Shown here in pieces: positions 36,737-47,303 of a stretch of DNA of 64,000 bases. Numbering within the stretch: the stretch's first letter is position 1; every line of letters starts with the position of its first letter. The position numbers and the translations under genes are program-made. Origin of the DNA: an uncultured Acidobacteriota bacterium (GTDB lineage Bacteria; Acidobacteriota; Vicinamibacteria; Vicinamibacterales; CAVVIG01); assembly GCA_963757655.1 (NCBI GenBank), contig CAVWSQ010000006.1, positions 293,356 to 357,355 of the forward strand. The letters are read 5' to 3'. The notes under the pieces are model-generated. The model made no database searches. It saw only the letters and a program-made list of their open reading frames with translations, and had not been told where the DNA came from.

Positions 36737-38806
36737 ATGACTACTTCCAGCTGCCGCCTTCCGCTCGCGGTCACGCTCGTGCTTCTGGCCGCCCCGGCCC
36801 TGGTTCGCACCCAGACGCCGCGGCCAATGGGGATCATCGATCTGCTGAACCTCCCGCGTCTGAGCGAACCGCAGCTGTCGCCGGCCGGCAGGGACGTGCT
36901 CTATACCCGCGCCGATGCCGACTGGAAGAGTGACCGCCGCGTCTCGCATATCTGGCGGGCGCCGACCGATGGCGGCCAGCCGATCCAGCTCACCAGCGGC
37001 GCCGAGGGCGAGACCGGTCCGCGCTGGTCGCCCGACGGCAAGAACATCGCGTTTACTGCGAAGCGCGGCGACAACGAGTTCGCGCAGATCTACCTGCTGC
37101 CGGCCGACGGCGGCGAGGCGCGTCAGCTGTCCACGCACGCCAGCGCCGTCTCGGAGCTGACGTGGGCTCCCGATGGCGCAGCCATCTTCTTCAAGGCGGC
37201 CGAGCCCAAGACCGCCGAGGAGAAGGCACGCGAGAAGGCGCGAGACGACGTCTACCTCTACGACGAGAACTACAAGCAGACGCACATCTGGCAGCTGACG
37301 GTTGCGTCGAAGGCTGAGACGCGGATCACCGACGGCGATTTCTCGGTCACGGACTACGAGCTTTCGAACGACGGCCGGAAGATGACCTACCTGCGCGCGC
37401 CGACGCCGCTGCTCGGCGACGGCGACAAGAGCGAGGTGTGGGTCTCCAACGCCGACGGCACCGGCGCCGTCCAGGTGACGAAAAACACGGTGCAGGAAAC
37501 CGCGCCGGCGATTGCGCCCGACAACGCCAACGTGCTGTTCGTCTCTGGGTCGAACGCGAAGTTCGAGACCTACTACAACGGCCGGTTGTTCGTCGCCCCG
37601 GCCGGCGGCGGCGCGGCGCACGTGGTGGTCGGCGAGAAGGAGCCGCTCGACGTCGACCGCGCGACCTGGTCACACGACGGCAAGGCGATTTTCTTCCTCG
37701 CCAATCTCGGCGTCCACGAGGAGCTCTTCGTCGTGCCCGCGGCCGGCGGCACGCCACGGCAACTCACCAACGGGAAACACAACCTGAGCGGCTTCTCGGA
37801 CGCCGGCATGCAGTCCGACCCCGAGGCCGACGTCTTCACGTTCATCGCCGCCGACTCTCACAGCGGCGGCGAGGTGTGGACGATGACGGCGCGCGACCCG
37901 GCACCCAGGCAGGTGACCCACGTGTTCGACTACCTGGGGCGCGACATCGCACTCGGTCGGCAGGAAGCGATCCAGTGGCAAGGCGCCGACGGCGTCACCG
38001 TGGAAGGCATCGTAACCTATCCGGTCAACTACACGCCCGGTCAAAAATACCCGCTCGCGGTGATGACCCACGGCGGCCCGCAGGCCGCCGACAAGTACGG
38101 CGTGGGATCGATGGCCTACGAAATCCAGGTGCTCGCCGGCAAAGGCTATGCCTCCCTGCAGCCAAACTACCGCGGCAGCACCGGCTATGGCGACGCGTTC
38201 CTGCGCGACATGGTCGGACACTACTTTCAGAACGCCCATCTCGACGTGATGGCCGGCGTCGACGAGCTGATCCGGCGCGGCGTCGCCGATCCCGATCGCC
38301 TGGTGAAAATGGGATGGAGCGCCGGCGGCCACATGACCAACAAGCTGATCACCTTCACCGACCGGTTCAAGGCCGCGTCGACCGGCGCCGGCGTGGCCCA
38401 GTGGATGTCGATGTACGCACAGAGTGACATCCGCTCGTACCGCACGCCCTGGTTCGGCGGCACGCCGTGGCAGAAGGACGCGCCGATCGAGGCCTACTGG
38501 AACAATTCGCCGCTCAAGGACGTTGCGAACGTGAAGACGCCAACGCTGTTCTTCGTCGGCGAGAAGGACCCGCGCGTGCCGATGCCGCAGTCGCTTGAGA
38601 TGTACCGCGCGCTCAAGAGCAACGGCATCCCGACCCACCTCTACGTCGCGCCGCGCGAGCCGCACGGCTGGGGCGAGCTCCGGCATCAGTTGTCGAAATT
38701 GAATGCCGAGATCGCGTGGTTCGAGCACTACGCGACCAAGCGCCCATTCACGCCCGAGCGGGCGCCGGGAGACGACACGAAGTCCAGCACCGATCAGCAC
38801 GACTGA
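36737..38806 (+). CDS. S9C acylaminoacyl-peptidase-like serine peptidase, secreted
   Basis: HGGP, PNYRGSTGYG, GWSAGG, DPRVP, EPHG. Confidence 0.92.
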   Translation: MTTSSCRLPLAVTLVLLAAPALVRTQTPRPMGIIDLLNLPRLSEPQLSPAGRDVLYTRADADWKSDRRVSHIWRAPTDGGQPIQLTSGAEGETGPRWSPDGKNIAFTAKRGDNEFAQIYLLPADGGEARQLSTHASAVSELTWAPDGAAIFFKAAEPKTAEEKAREKARDDVYLYDENYKQTHIWQLTVASKAETRITDGDFSVTDYELSNDGRKMTYLRAPTPLLGDGDKSEVWVSNADGTGAVQVTKNTVQETAPAIAPDNANVLFVSGSNAKFETYYNGRLFVAPAGGGAAHVVVGEKEPLDVDRATWSHDGKAIFFLANLGVHEELFVVPAAGGTPRQLTNGKHNLSGFSDAGMQSDPEADVFTFIAADSHSGGEVWTMTARDPAPRQVTHVFDYLGRDIALGRQEAIQWQGADGVTVEGIVTYPVNYTPGQKYPLAVMTHGGPQAADKYGVGSMAYEIQVLAGKGYASLQPNYRGSTGYGDAFLRDMVGHYFQNAHLDVMAGVDELIRRGVADPDRLVKMGWSAGGHMTNKLITFTDRFKAASTGAGVAQWMSMYAQSDIRSYRTPWFGGTPWQKDAPIEAYWNNSPLKDVANVKTPTLFFVGEKDPRVPMPQSLEMYRALKSNGIPTHLYVAPREPHGWGELRHQLSKLNAEIAWFEHYATKRPFTPERAPGDDTKSSTDQHD

Positions 38807-38841
38807 CAGCCCCGTGGGGTACGATGCGCGGGGACGCCTTC

Positions 38842-40917
38842 ATGCGCAGCGCTGACCGACCACACCTGAGGACAAGGACACGACCGGGAAGGGCCGTGGC
38901 TCTTCTGTTTGGTGTCCTTGGTGTTGTTGCTGCCCAGTCGATGCAGCCACGAGCGCAAACGTCCGCGCCCGGGAAGCCGATGTCGCTGACCGATCTCGCG
39001 GCGCTGCCGCGGATTGCCGGCGCGCCGCCGCAGCTGTCGCCCGACGGAAAATGGGTCGCCTACCTGCTCACGAAAACCGACTGGAAGGCCGGTCGCCTGA
39101 TCTTCCAGCTGTGGCGCCAGGAAGTTGGCGGCGGCGTCCCCGAGCAGCTCACCTTCGGCGACGGCGGCGTCCAGCCGGGCGCGCTCCTCTGGTCCCCCGA
39201 CGGCAAGACCGTGCTGTTCCAGCGCGACGGCCAGATCGTGCTCCTCCCGGTCGACGGCGGCGAGGCGCGCCCGCTCACCAAACACGCCACGAACGTGAGC
39301 GCGCCGAAGTGGTCGCCCGACGGCAACGCCGTCTACTTCATCGCCGCCGATCCTGCCACCGCCGACGAGCGCGAACGCGCACGTCTCAAAGACGATGTCT
39401 ACGCGATGGACGAGAACTACCGCGAGCGTCAGCTCTGGAAGATCGTGGTTTCAACTGGCGAGGAGACGCAGCTGACGAGGGGCGACTCGACGGTCAAGGA
39501 ATACGCGATCTCAGCCGATGGTCGATCGATTGTGCTGCAACGCGCCCCGACGCCGGCTGACATGGACGCCTTTCGCGGTGAAGTGTGGGTGATGGAGGCA
39601 AGTGGCGACAACCCCCGGGCGCTGACCAGCAACTCGATCGAAGAGAAAACGCTCGACCTTTCACCCGATGGCGCGCAGGTGCTGTTCCTGGCGGATACCA
39701 ACGAACGCTTCGAGCCGAACTATCCGACCAACCTCTTCATCGTCAGCGCCGCCGGCGGCAGGCCGCGTCCCGCCCTGGCGGATTTCAAGTACACCTTCGA
39801 TCAGGCGGCATGGACGCCGGACGGCAAGGCGATCGTCGCAACCGTGAACATGGGCGTGCACGAGGAGTTCTTCCGCATCGACGTCGCGGCCGGACGCGCG
39901 CAACAGATCACGGATGGCCCTCACTTCATCCCGCCGGTGTGGAGCGTCGTGCCGAGTGCGGAGAAGATCGTGTTCCAGGTCGACGAGCCGACACGATTCG
40001 GCGAGATCTGGACGCTGCCGATCTCGGGCGCGCAGCCACCGACCCGCGTGACACATCAATTCGACACGCTCGATCGCGACTTCGCGATTCCGCGCCAGGA
40101 AAAGGCGGAGTGGAAGGGTGCGGACGGTGCGGCCATCGAGGGGGTGCTGTTCTATCCGGCCGGGTATCGCTCAGGGCAGCGCTATCCCCTCGTGGTGCAG
40201 CTGCACGGCGGTCCGATGGAGTCAGACAAGTTCGGCATCGGCGCCGGCTCGACGCTGCACTTTGTGCCGGTGTTGACCGGCAAGGGCTACTTCGTGCTGC
40301 GCCCCAACTATCGCGGCAGCCTCGGCTACGGCCCCGGATTCGTCCGCGACGTCGTCGACGGCTACTTTCATCAGATGGCGACCGACGTGCTGCGCGGCGT
40401 GGATGCGCTGATTGCGCGCGGCCTGGTGGACCGCGATCGGCTCGTCCTGATGGGGTGGAGCGCCGGCGGCACCCTGGTCAACAAGCTGGTGACGATGACC
40501 GATCGGTTCAAGGTCGCTTCGTCTGGCGCCGGCATCGCCGACTGGATCTCGCTCTACGGCCAGACCGACAACACGTCGTTCCGTCGCACCTGGTTCGGCG
40601 GCACCCCGTGGCGCCCCGGCGCGCGGTTCGATCTGTTCTGGGACAACTCGCCGATCAAGGACGTGGCGAACGTGAAGACGCCGACGCTGTTCTTCGTCGG
40701 GGAGTCGGATACTCGGGTGGGGCTGGCGCAGTCGCTCGAGATGTATCGCGCGGTCAAGAGCCTCAACGTGCCGACGGCGCTGGTGGTGGCGCCGAACGAA
40801 GGGCATCAATGGGGAGCGGTCGCGCACCTGCTGCGCAAGGCGAATATCGAGCTCGAGTGGTTCGAAAGGTACGCGAATCATCGCAGCTACGTCTGGGAGA
40901 AGGCGCCGGCGTCCTAG
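38842..40917 (+). CDS. S9C serine peptidase, tandem paralog of 36737-38806 (start 38842 or 38824)
   Basis: HGGP, PNYRGSLGYG, GWSAGG, DTRV, EGHQ. Confidence 0.92.
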   Translation: MRSADRPHLRTRTRPGRAVALLFGVLGVVAAQSMQPRAQTSAPGKPMSLTDLAALPRIAGAPPQLSPDGKWVAYLLTKTDWKAGRLIFQLWRQEVGGGVPEQLTFGDGGVQPGALLWSPDGKTVLFQRDGQIVLLPVDGGEARPLTKHATNVSAPKWSPDGNAVYFIAADPATADERERARLKDDVYAMDENYRERQLWKIVVSTGEETQLTRGDSTVKEYAISADGRSIVLQRAPTPADMDAFRGEVWVMEASGDNPRALTSNSIEEKTLDLSPDGAQVLFLADTNERFEPNYPTNLFIVSAAGGRPRPALADFKYTFDQAAWTPDGKAIVATVNMGVHEEFFRIDVAAGRAQQITDGPHFIPPVWSVVPSAEKIVFQVDEPTRFGEIWTLPISGAQPPTRVTHQFDTLDRDFAIPRQEKAEWKGADGAAIEGVLFYPAGYRSGQRYPLVVQLHGGPMESDKFGIGAGSTLHFVPVLTGKGYFVLRPNYRGSLGYGPGFVRDVVDGYFHQMATDVLRGVDALIARGLVDRDRLVLMGWSAGGTLVNKLVTMTDRFKVASSGAGIADWISLYGQTDNTSFRRTWFGGTPWRPGARFDLFWDNSPIKDVANVKTPTLFFVGESDTRVGLAQSLEMYRAVKSLNVPTALVVAPNEGHQWGAVAHLLRKANIELEWFERYANHRSYVWEKAPAS

Positions 40918-40948
40918 CGGCGGTGCCAACTGAGCCGTTGGCGTCAGT

Positions 40949-40982
40949 TTGACGCTACGTGAAAGATTTCACAAAATAGAAT
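40949..40982 (+). promoter_or_regulatory. Sigma70-like promoter of the act-cta operon with overlapping Rex/CRP-like operator (40957-40974)
   Basis: TTGACG-17 nt-CAAAAT (TAGAAT follows); ACGTGAAagatTTCACAA versus the Rex consensus TTGTGAA-N4-TTCACAA. Confidence 0.65.
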
Positions 40983-41025
40983 CTCTACATCGGCAGCCGG
41001 TTCGTCCCAGTCGCCAGACCGTTCG

Positions 41026-41676
41026 ATGTCGCAAATCTTTCACCGCAGCGCCAACACGATTGCTCGGGTCAGCATCTTCGGCGCGGTCTTCTTCATCGCC
41101 GGACTGCTGGGACTGTTCGCTCAGGTCAATCGCTCGCCGTGGGTCACCGATGCCCGCGTCGCGCGCGAGCAGCCGATCCAGTTCAGCCACGAGCGCCACG
41201 TCGCCGGCAACGGCATCGACTGCCGCTATTGCCACACCTCGGTCGAGGATTCGTCCTTCGCCGGCATCCCGCCCACCAAGACCTGCATGAACTGCCACTC
41301 GCAGATTTTTTCCAACAGCCCCTTCCTCGAGCCGGTGCGCGCCAGCTTCCGGACCGGGCGGTCGATCGAGTGGACGCGCGTGCACGATCTACCCGACTTC
41401 GTCTACTTCAACCACAGCATTCACGTGAACAAGGGCGTTGGCTGCACCACCTGCCACGGCCAGGTCGATCGCATGCCGCTGATGTGGCAGGAGAAGTCGC
41501 TGCAGATGGAATGGTGCCTCGACTGCCACCGCAACCCGGAACAGTACGTGCGCCCGCGCGCCGCGGTGTTCCGCATCGACTACGTCGCGCCGTCCGATCA
41601 GGCGGAACTGGGCAAGCGCCTGGTCGCCGAGTACCAGATCCAGAAGCTCACGAGTTGCTCAACGTGCCACCGATGA
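41026..41676 (+). CDS. actA: Alternative complex III pentaheme cytochrome c subunit
   Basis: Five CxxCH motifs (CRYCH, CMNCH, CTTCH, CLDCH, CSTCH); N-terminal TM. Confidence 0.93.
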   Translation: MSQIFHRSANTIARVSIFGAVFFIAGLLGLFAQVNRSPWVTDARVAREQPIQFSHERHVAGNGIDCRYCHTSVEDSSFAGIPPTKTCMNCHSQIFSNSPFLEPVRASFRTGRSIEWTRVHDLPDFVYFNHSIHVNKGVGCTTCHGQVDRMPLMWQEKSLQMEWCLDCHRNPEQYVRPRAAVFRIDYVAPSDQAELGKRLVAEYQIQKLTSCSTCHR

Positions 41677-44600
41677 AGGACGAAACACGACAGCACTTGG
41701 AGTTCTGGCGAAGCCTCGAAGAACAGGCCGGCGAACCGGCGTTCCAGGACCTGCTCTACAACGAGTTTCCGTCGCAAATCGAGGCGATTGCCGATCCGGT
41801 CCAGCGGCGGACGTTCCTCAAGCTGATGGGCGCTTCGCTCGCCCTCGCCGGCGTCACCGCCTGCACGAAGCAGCCGCCGGAAAAGATCGTTCCGTACGTG
41901 CGCCAGCCGGAGGAGCTGATCCCTGGCAAGCCGCTCTTTTACGCCACCGCCATGGCGCTGGGTGGCGTCGCCACCGGCCTGCTGGTCGAAAGCCACGAAG
42001 GCCGTCCGACCAAGATCGAAGGCAATCCGCTGCACCCTGGCAGTCTGGGTGCCACTGACGTCTTCCAACAAGCCGCCATTCTCGGTCTCTACGATCCCGA
42101 TCGATCCCAGACGCTGCGCAACCTCGGCGAGATTCGCCCCTGGTCGGCGTTCCTCGGCGCGATCAATGCGGCGTTGACCGCGCAGAAGCCGCTCAAAGGC
42201 GCCGGCGTTCGCATTCTCACCGAATCGGTCAGCTCGCCGACGCTCGCCGCGCAGATCCGCGATCTGCTGTCGCGTTTTCCGTCGGCGAAGTGGCACCAGT
42301 GGGATCCGGCGAGCCGCGACAACGCCCGCAACGGTGCCAAGCTCGCCTTCGGCGAATACGTCGATGCGCAGTACAACTTCGAGATCGCGGACGTGATCCT
42401 CTCGCTCGACGCCGACTTCCTCGGCAGCGGTCCCGGCGCGCTGCGCCACGCGCGCCAGTTCGCGAAGCGGCGACGGCCCGAAAACGCCGAGCAGATGAAC
42501 CGCCTCTACGCGATCGAGAGCATGCCGACCAGTACGGGCGCACGCGCGGACCATCGCCTGCCGGCGAGGCCCAGCGAGGTAGGCCTGGTCGCGCGCGCGA
42601 TCGCAGCCGCTGCCGGCGCCGGTGGTGAGCGGGGAACCTACGTTGCTGGCTATCAGGACTTCGTCCGGAATTCCGGCGCCGCGATCGAGAAATGGATTGC
42701 CGCGGTTGCGAAAGACTTGCGTTCGCACCGCGGAAAGAGCCTCATCATCGCCGGCGACAGCCAGCCGCCCGCGGTCCACGCGCTCGCGCATTTGATGAAT
42801 GCGACTCTCGGTAACGTCGGCGAGACGGTCGTGTATACCGGGACGGCGGAAGCGGAGCCGGTGAACCAGCTCGAGTCGATCCGCGATCTCGTGGCCGACA
42901 TGAACGGCGGCAAGGTCGATCTCCTCGTGATCCTCGGCGGCAATCCGGTCTACAACGCGCCGGTCGATTTGAAGTTCGCCGATGCGTTAGGCAAGGTTCA
43001 GCTTCGCGCGCACCTCAGCCTCTACGACGATGAGACATCGGCGCTGTGCCAGTGGCACATTCCGGAAGCGCATTTCCTCGAGGCGTGGAGCGACGCCCGC
43101 GCCTGCGACGGCACCGCCTCTATCGTCCAGCCGCTGATCGCGCCGCTCTACGGCGGCAGGTCGGCGCACGACGTGCTCGCCGCGATGAGCGACCGGCCCG
43201 AGCGATCCGGGCACGACATCGTGCGTGAGTTCTGGTCCGGCTCAAGCCGGACACGACCGACGACGGAGTTCGATGCGACTTGGCGGCGGTGGCTGCACGA
43301 CGGCGTGATGCCGGATACAGCGTTTGCGCCGAAGGCGGTGACACTCGCCCTTTCAGCCCGCAGCCCTCAGCCCTCAACCCTGCCGCCGGGCGGCCTGGAG
43401 ATCTCCTTCAGGAATGATCCATCCGTGTTGGATGGACGCTTCGCCAACAACGGCTGGCTGCAGGAGCTGCCCAAGCCGATCACTCGGCTGACGTGGGACA
43501 ACGCCGTTCTCACCAGCCCGGCGACCGCGGACAAATTGAAAGCGACGCAATCGCCGTCATTCCAGGGCGGGGAGCACGGACAGATCATCACCGACGTCGT
43601 CGAGCTGAAATTCCAGGGGCGGTCAGTGAAGGGCGCGCTGTTCGCCGTCGTCGGCCACCCGGACGACTGCCTCACCGTGCACCTGGGCTACGGCCGCACG
43701 CGCGGCGGCCGCGTCGCGGCCGGCGCCGGCTTCAACGCCGGTGCGCTCCGCACCAGCGACGCGCTCTGGTTCGGTAGCGGCGTCGAGATCGCGCTGACCG
43801 GCGAGAAGTTCTCGCTCGCCTGCACCCAGTATCACCACCTGATGGAAGGCCGCGGCATGGTGCGCGCGGTCACCCGCGAGGAGTACCTCCGCGATCCCAC
43901 GTCGGTGCAGGAGGGCCCGGGAATCGAACCGCCGCCGCCCAAGACACTGACCCTGTATCCCGAGGTGAAGTACGACGGCTACAAGTGGGGCATGGCGATC
44001 GACGTCAACTCCTGCATCGGCTGCAACGCCTGCGTCGTCGGCTGCCAGTCGGAGAACAACATTCCGGTGATCGGCAAGGATCAGGTGCTGCGCGGGCGGG
44101 AGATGCACTGGCTGCGCGTGGACACCTACTACCGTGGCAGCGTCGAGAACCCCGAAACCTATTTCCAGCCCGTGCCCTGCATGCAGTGCGAGAACGCGCC
44201 GTGCGAAGTGGTCTGCCCCGTCGGCGCGACGTCGCACAGCCAGGAAGGGCTGAACGACATGGTGTACAACCGCTGCGTCGGCACCCGTTACTGCTCGGAC
44301 AACTGTCCCTACAAGGTCCGCCGCTTCAACTTCCTGCTCTACCAGGACTTCGACACGCCGGTGCTCAAGCTCGGTCGCAATCCCGACGTCAGCGTGCGCA
44401 GCCGCGGCGTGATGGAAAAGTGCACCTACTGCGTGCAGCGGATCAACGCCGCCAAGATCGACTCGGAGAAGGGGGATCGCGCGGTGCGCGACGGCGAAAT
44501 CAAGACCGCCTGCGAGCAGGCCTGCCCGGCGGAGGCGATCGTGTTCGGGAACCTGAACGATCCCAACAGCCGCGTCGCCCGGCTGAAGGCCGAGGTCCGC

Positions 44601-44690
44601 AACTACGCGCTGCTCGCCGAGCTCAACACCCGGCCGCGGACGACCTATCTCGCGGCGGTGCGGAACGTGAACCCGGAATTGGGTGAGTAA
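41673..44690 (+). CDS. actB: Alternative complex III molybdopterin-oxidoreductase-like / Fe-S subunit
   Basis: FWRSLEE, RRTFLKLMGAS Tat-variant signal, GRPTKIEGNP, CIGCNACVVGC, CMQCENAPC, CVGTRYC, CTYC. Confidence 0.95.
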   Translation: MKDETRQHLEFWRSLEEQAGEPAFQDLLYNEFPSQIEAIADPVQRRTFLKLMGASLALAGVTACTKQPPEKIVPYVRQPEELIPGKPLFYATAMALGGVATGLLVESHEGRPTKIEGNPLHPGSLGATDVFQQAAILGLYDPDRSQTLRNLGEIRPWSAFLGAINAALTAQKPLKGAGVRILTESVSSPTLAAQIRDLLSRFPSAKWHQWDPASRDNARNGAKLAFGEYVDAQYNFEIADVILSLDADFLGSGPGALRHARQFAKRRRPENAEQMNRLYAIESMPTSTGARADHRLPARPSEVGLVARAIAAAAGAGGERGTYVAGYQDFVRNSGAAIEKWIAAVAKDLRSHRGKSLIIAGDSQPPAVHALAHLMNATLGNVGETVVYTGTAEAEPVNQLESIRDLVADMNGGKVDLLVILGGNPVYNAPVDLKFADALGKVQLRAHLSLYDDETSALCQWHIPEAHFLEAWSDARACDGTASIVQPLIAPLYGGRSAHDVLAAMSDRPERSGHDIVREFWSGSSRTRPTTEFDATWRRWLHDGVMPDTAFAPKAVTLALSARSPQPSTLPPGGLEISFRNDPSVLDGRFANNGWLQELPKPITRLTWDNAVLTSPATADKLKATQSPSFQGGEHGQIITDVVELKFQGRSVKGALFAVVGHPDDCLTVHLGYGRTRGGRVAAGAGFNAGALRTSDALWFGSGVEIALTGEKFSLACTQYHHLMEGRGMVRAVTREEYLRDPTSVQEGPGIEPPPPKTLTLYPEVKYDGYKWGMAIDVNSCIGCNACVVGCQSENNIPVIGKDQVLRGREMHWLRVDTYYRGSVENPETYFQPVPCMQCENAPCEVVCPVGATSHSQEGLNDMVYNRCVGTRYCSDNCPYKVRRFNFLLYQDFDTPVLKLGRNPDVSVRSRGVMEKCTYCVQRINAAKIDSEKGDRAVRDGEIKTACEQACPAEAIVFGNLNDPNSRVARLKAEVRNYALLAELNTRPRTTYLAAVRNVNPELGE
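43234..43257. repeat. REP-like palindrome embedded in actB
   Basis: GGTCCGGCTCAAGCCGGACACGAC, same family as copies at 54493-54653 and 63973-63996. Confidence 0.75.
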
Positions 44691-44741
44691 CGGGACGCCG
44701 AGCATGCAGAAAACGCAGAGCCGGGTCGTGATCGGTCACCG

Positions 44742-46139
44742 ATGAGCGAGAGCCTCCAACCGATCGACGACCCGAACCAGGCCGTAGTCGGCGCCGGACG
44801 GCCGCCGGTGATCGCACCGGGCCATACCTTCGGCAGCGTCACCGACACGATCAGCTCGATCGTGCTGACCCGCAAGACCCCGCTCGGGTGGTACCTCGGC
44901 TTCGGCGCGGCGATGTCGTTGACGCTGCTGCTGCTCGTGTCGCTGACCTATCTGGTGCTGAAAGGGGTCGGCATCTGGGGCATCAACATCCCGGTCGGCT
45001 GGGGCTTCGCCATCGTCAATTTCGTGTGGTGGATCGGCATCGGCCACGCCGGCACGCTGATCTCGGCCATTCTGCTGCTGCTGAAGCAGACCTGGCGCAC
45101 CTCGATCAACCGCTTCGCGGAGGCGATGACGCTGTTCGCCGTGGCGTGCGCCGGCATCTTCCCGGTGGTGCACACCGGCCGGCCGTGGCTCGCCTACTGG
45201 CTGTTCCCGTACCCGAACACGATGAACATCTGGCCGCAGTTCCGCAGCCCGCTGATTTGGGACGTGTTCGCGGTCTCGACCTATGCGATGGTGTCGTTGT
45301 TGTTCTGGTTCGTCGGCCTGATTCCCGACCTGGCAACGCTGCGCGATCGATCGCAATCGCCGGTCGGACGCGTCATCTACGGCATGCTGGCGATGGGCTG
45401 GCGCGGTTCGGCGCACCACTGGCACCGCTACGAGACGGCGTATCTGCTGCTCGCCGGCCTGGCGACGCCGCTGGTGGTGTCGGTGCACACCGTGGTCAGC
45501 TTCGACTTCGCCATCGGCATCGTGCCCGGCTGGCACACCACTATCTTCCCGCCCTACTTCGTCGCCGGCGCCATCTACTCCGGCTTCGCGATGGTGATGA
45601 CGCTGGCCATCCCGATCCGTGCTGTCTACAAGCTCGGAGACTTCATCACCATGCGCCACCTGCAGAACATGGCCAAGGTGATGCTGGTGACCGGCCTGAT
45701 CGTCGCGTATGGCTATGCCACCGAAGCCTTCATCTCCTGGTACAGCGGCGACACCTACGAGGGCTTCGTCCCGATGAACCGCATGTTCGGCCCGTATGCG
45801 GTCTACTACTGGGCCCTGATTCTCTGCAACATCGTGATTCCTCAGGCGCTGTGGTTCCGACGGATTCGCAGCAACGTGCCGGTGCTGTTCATCATTGCCC
45901 TGATCGTCAACGTCGGCATGTGGCTCGAGCGCTTCATCATCGTCGTCACCAGCCTCCACCGCGATTTCCTGCCCTCGTCGTGGGGCAACTACGCACCGAC
46001 GTTCTGGGACTGGTCGACCTTCATCGGCACGATCGGACTGTTCGTGTCGCTGCTGTTCCTGTTCGTGCGCTTCCTGCCGATGATCTCGATCGCCGAAATG
46101 CGGACGATCCTGCCGGAAGCCAAGGTGAGTGAAGAATGA
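44742..46139 (+). CDS. actC: Alternative complex III NrfD/PsrC-like quinol-binding subunit
   Basis: [38 protein letters not shown]. Confidence 0.95.
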   Translation: MSESLQPIDDPNQAVVGAGRPPVIAPGHTFGSVTDTISSIVLTRKTPLGWYLGFGAAMSLTLLLLVSLTYLVLKGVGIWGINIPVGWGFAIVNFVWWIGIGHAGTLISAILLLLKQTWRTSINRFAEAMTLFAVACAGIFPVVHTGRPWLAYWLFPYPNTMNIWPQFRSPLIWDVFAVSTYAMVSLLFWFVGLIPDLATLRDRSQSPVGRVIYGMLAMGWRGSAHHWHRYETAYLLLAGLATPLVVSVHTVVSFDFAIGIVPGWHTTIFPPYFVAGAIYSGFAMVMTLAIPIRAVYKLGDFITMRHLQNMAKVMLVTGLIVAYGYATEAFISWYSGDTYEGFVPMNRMFGPYAVYYWALILCNIVIPQALWFRRIRSNVPVLFIIALIVNVGMWLERFIIVVTSLHRDFLPSSWGNYAPTFWDWSTFIGTIGLFVSLLFLFVRFLPMISIAEMRTILPEAKVSEE

Positions 46140-46672
46140 AGCCGACGGTGATCTACGGCCTGATGGCCGAGTTCGAGGATCCGACGGCGCTGGTGGCGGC
46201 GACCGAGCGGGCGCACCGCGAAGGCTACCGCTGCATGGACGCCTACTCGCCGTTCCCGATTGAGGAGCTGCACGAGGCGCTCGGCTCGCGCCGCACACGG
46301 CTGCCGCTGATCGTGCTGATTGGCGGAATACTCGGCTGCATCGGCGGCTACGCGCTCGAGTATTGGGTTTCGGTGATCGCCTACCCGCTCAACATCGGCG
46401 GCAAGCCGTTCCACAGCTGGCCGGCATTCATCCCGGTCACCTTCGAGTGCACCATCCTGGCGGCGGCGCTGTCTTGCGTACTCGGCATGCTGGCGCTCAA
46501 CGGCCTGCCGATGCCGTATCACCCCGTGTTCAACCTGCCCCGCTTCGCCCTCGCCAGCCGCAACCGGTTCTTCCTCTGCATCGAGTCGAAGGATCCCAGG
46601 TTCGACCTCGAAGCGACACGGCGGTTCCTCGAGACGCTGGAACCGAGAGAGGTGTCGACCGTTGCCGATTAG
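46136..46672 (+). CDS. actD: Alternative complex III subunit D (DUF3341)
   Basis: [13 protein letters not shown]...PAFIPVTFE. Confidence 0.92.
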   Translation: MKPTVIYGLMAEFEDPTALVAATERAHREGYRCMDAYSPFPIEELHEALGSRRTRLPLIVLIGGILGCIGGYALEYWVSVIAYPLNIGGKPFHSWPAFIPVTFECTILAAALSCVLGMLALNGLPMPYHPVFNLPRFALASRNRFFLCIESKDPRFDLEATRRFLETLEPREVSTVAD

Positions 46673-47303
46673 GAACAAGGATACCAAGGGAACAACGGGC
46701 GCAAACGCTGGCCGCGACCGGGCCCGCCGTGTTGCCTTTGCGCCTTTCGTAACCTTGGTGTCCTTGGTGTCGGCAGCACTGCTTCTTTCTGGCTGCCGCC
46801 AGGACATGCACGACCAGCCGAAATACATCCCGCTGCGGGAATCGACGTTCTTCAGCGACGCCCGTTCCGCGCGGCCGGTGATTGAAGGCACGGTCGCGCG
46901 CGGCCAGTTGCACGACGACGAGCTGATGTACACGGGCAAGGTCGGAGGCGAGGACGCGACGCTGTTTCCGATGCGCGTGGACGAGCGGGTGATGACGCGT
47001 GGCCAGGAGCGCTTCAACATCTACTGCTCGCCGTGCCACGGGCGCACCGGCCAGGGCGACGGCATGGTGGTCCGGCGCGGCTATCGCCGGCCGCCGTCGT
47101 TCCATCAGGATCGGCTGCGTGCGGCGCCGGCCGGCCATTTCTTCGACGTCATGACCAACGGCTTCGGCGCGATGCCGGACTACGCCGCCCAGATCAAGGT
47201 CGAGGATCGCTGGGCCATCATCGCCTACATCCGCGCGCTGCAGTTGAGCGAGCATGCGACGCTGGCCGACGTGCCGGCGGCGGATCGGAGCCGGATCCAG
47301 TGA
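46662..47303 (+). CDS. actE: Alternative complex III monoheme cytochrome c lipoprotein
   Basis: Lipobox LSGC-RQDMHDQPK; CSPCHG; GAMP. Confidence 0.92.
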   Translation: MPIRNKDTKGTTGANAGRDRARRVAFAPFVTLVSLVSAALLLSGCRQDMHDQPKYIPLRESTFFSDARSARPVIEGTVARGQLHDDELMYTGKVGGEDATLFPMRVDERVMTRGQERFNIYCSPCHGRTGQGDGMVVRRGYRRPPSFHQDRLRAAPAGHFFDVMTNGFGAMPDYAAQIKVEDRWAIIAYIRALQLSEHATLADVPAADRSRIQ

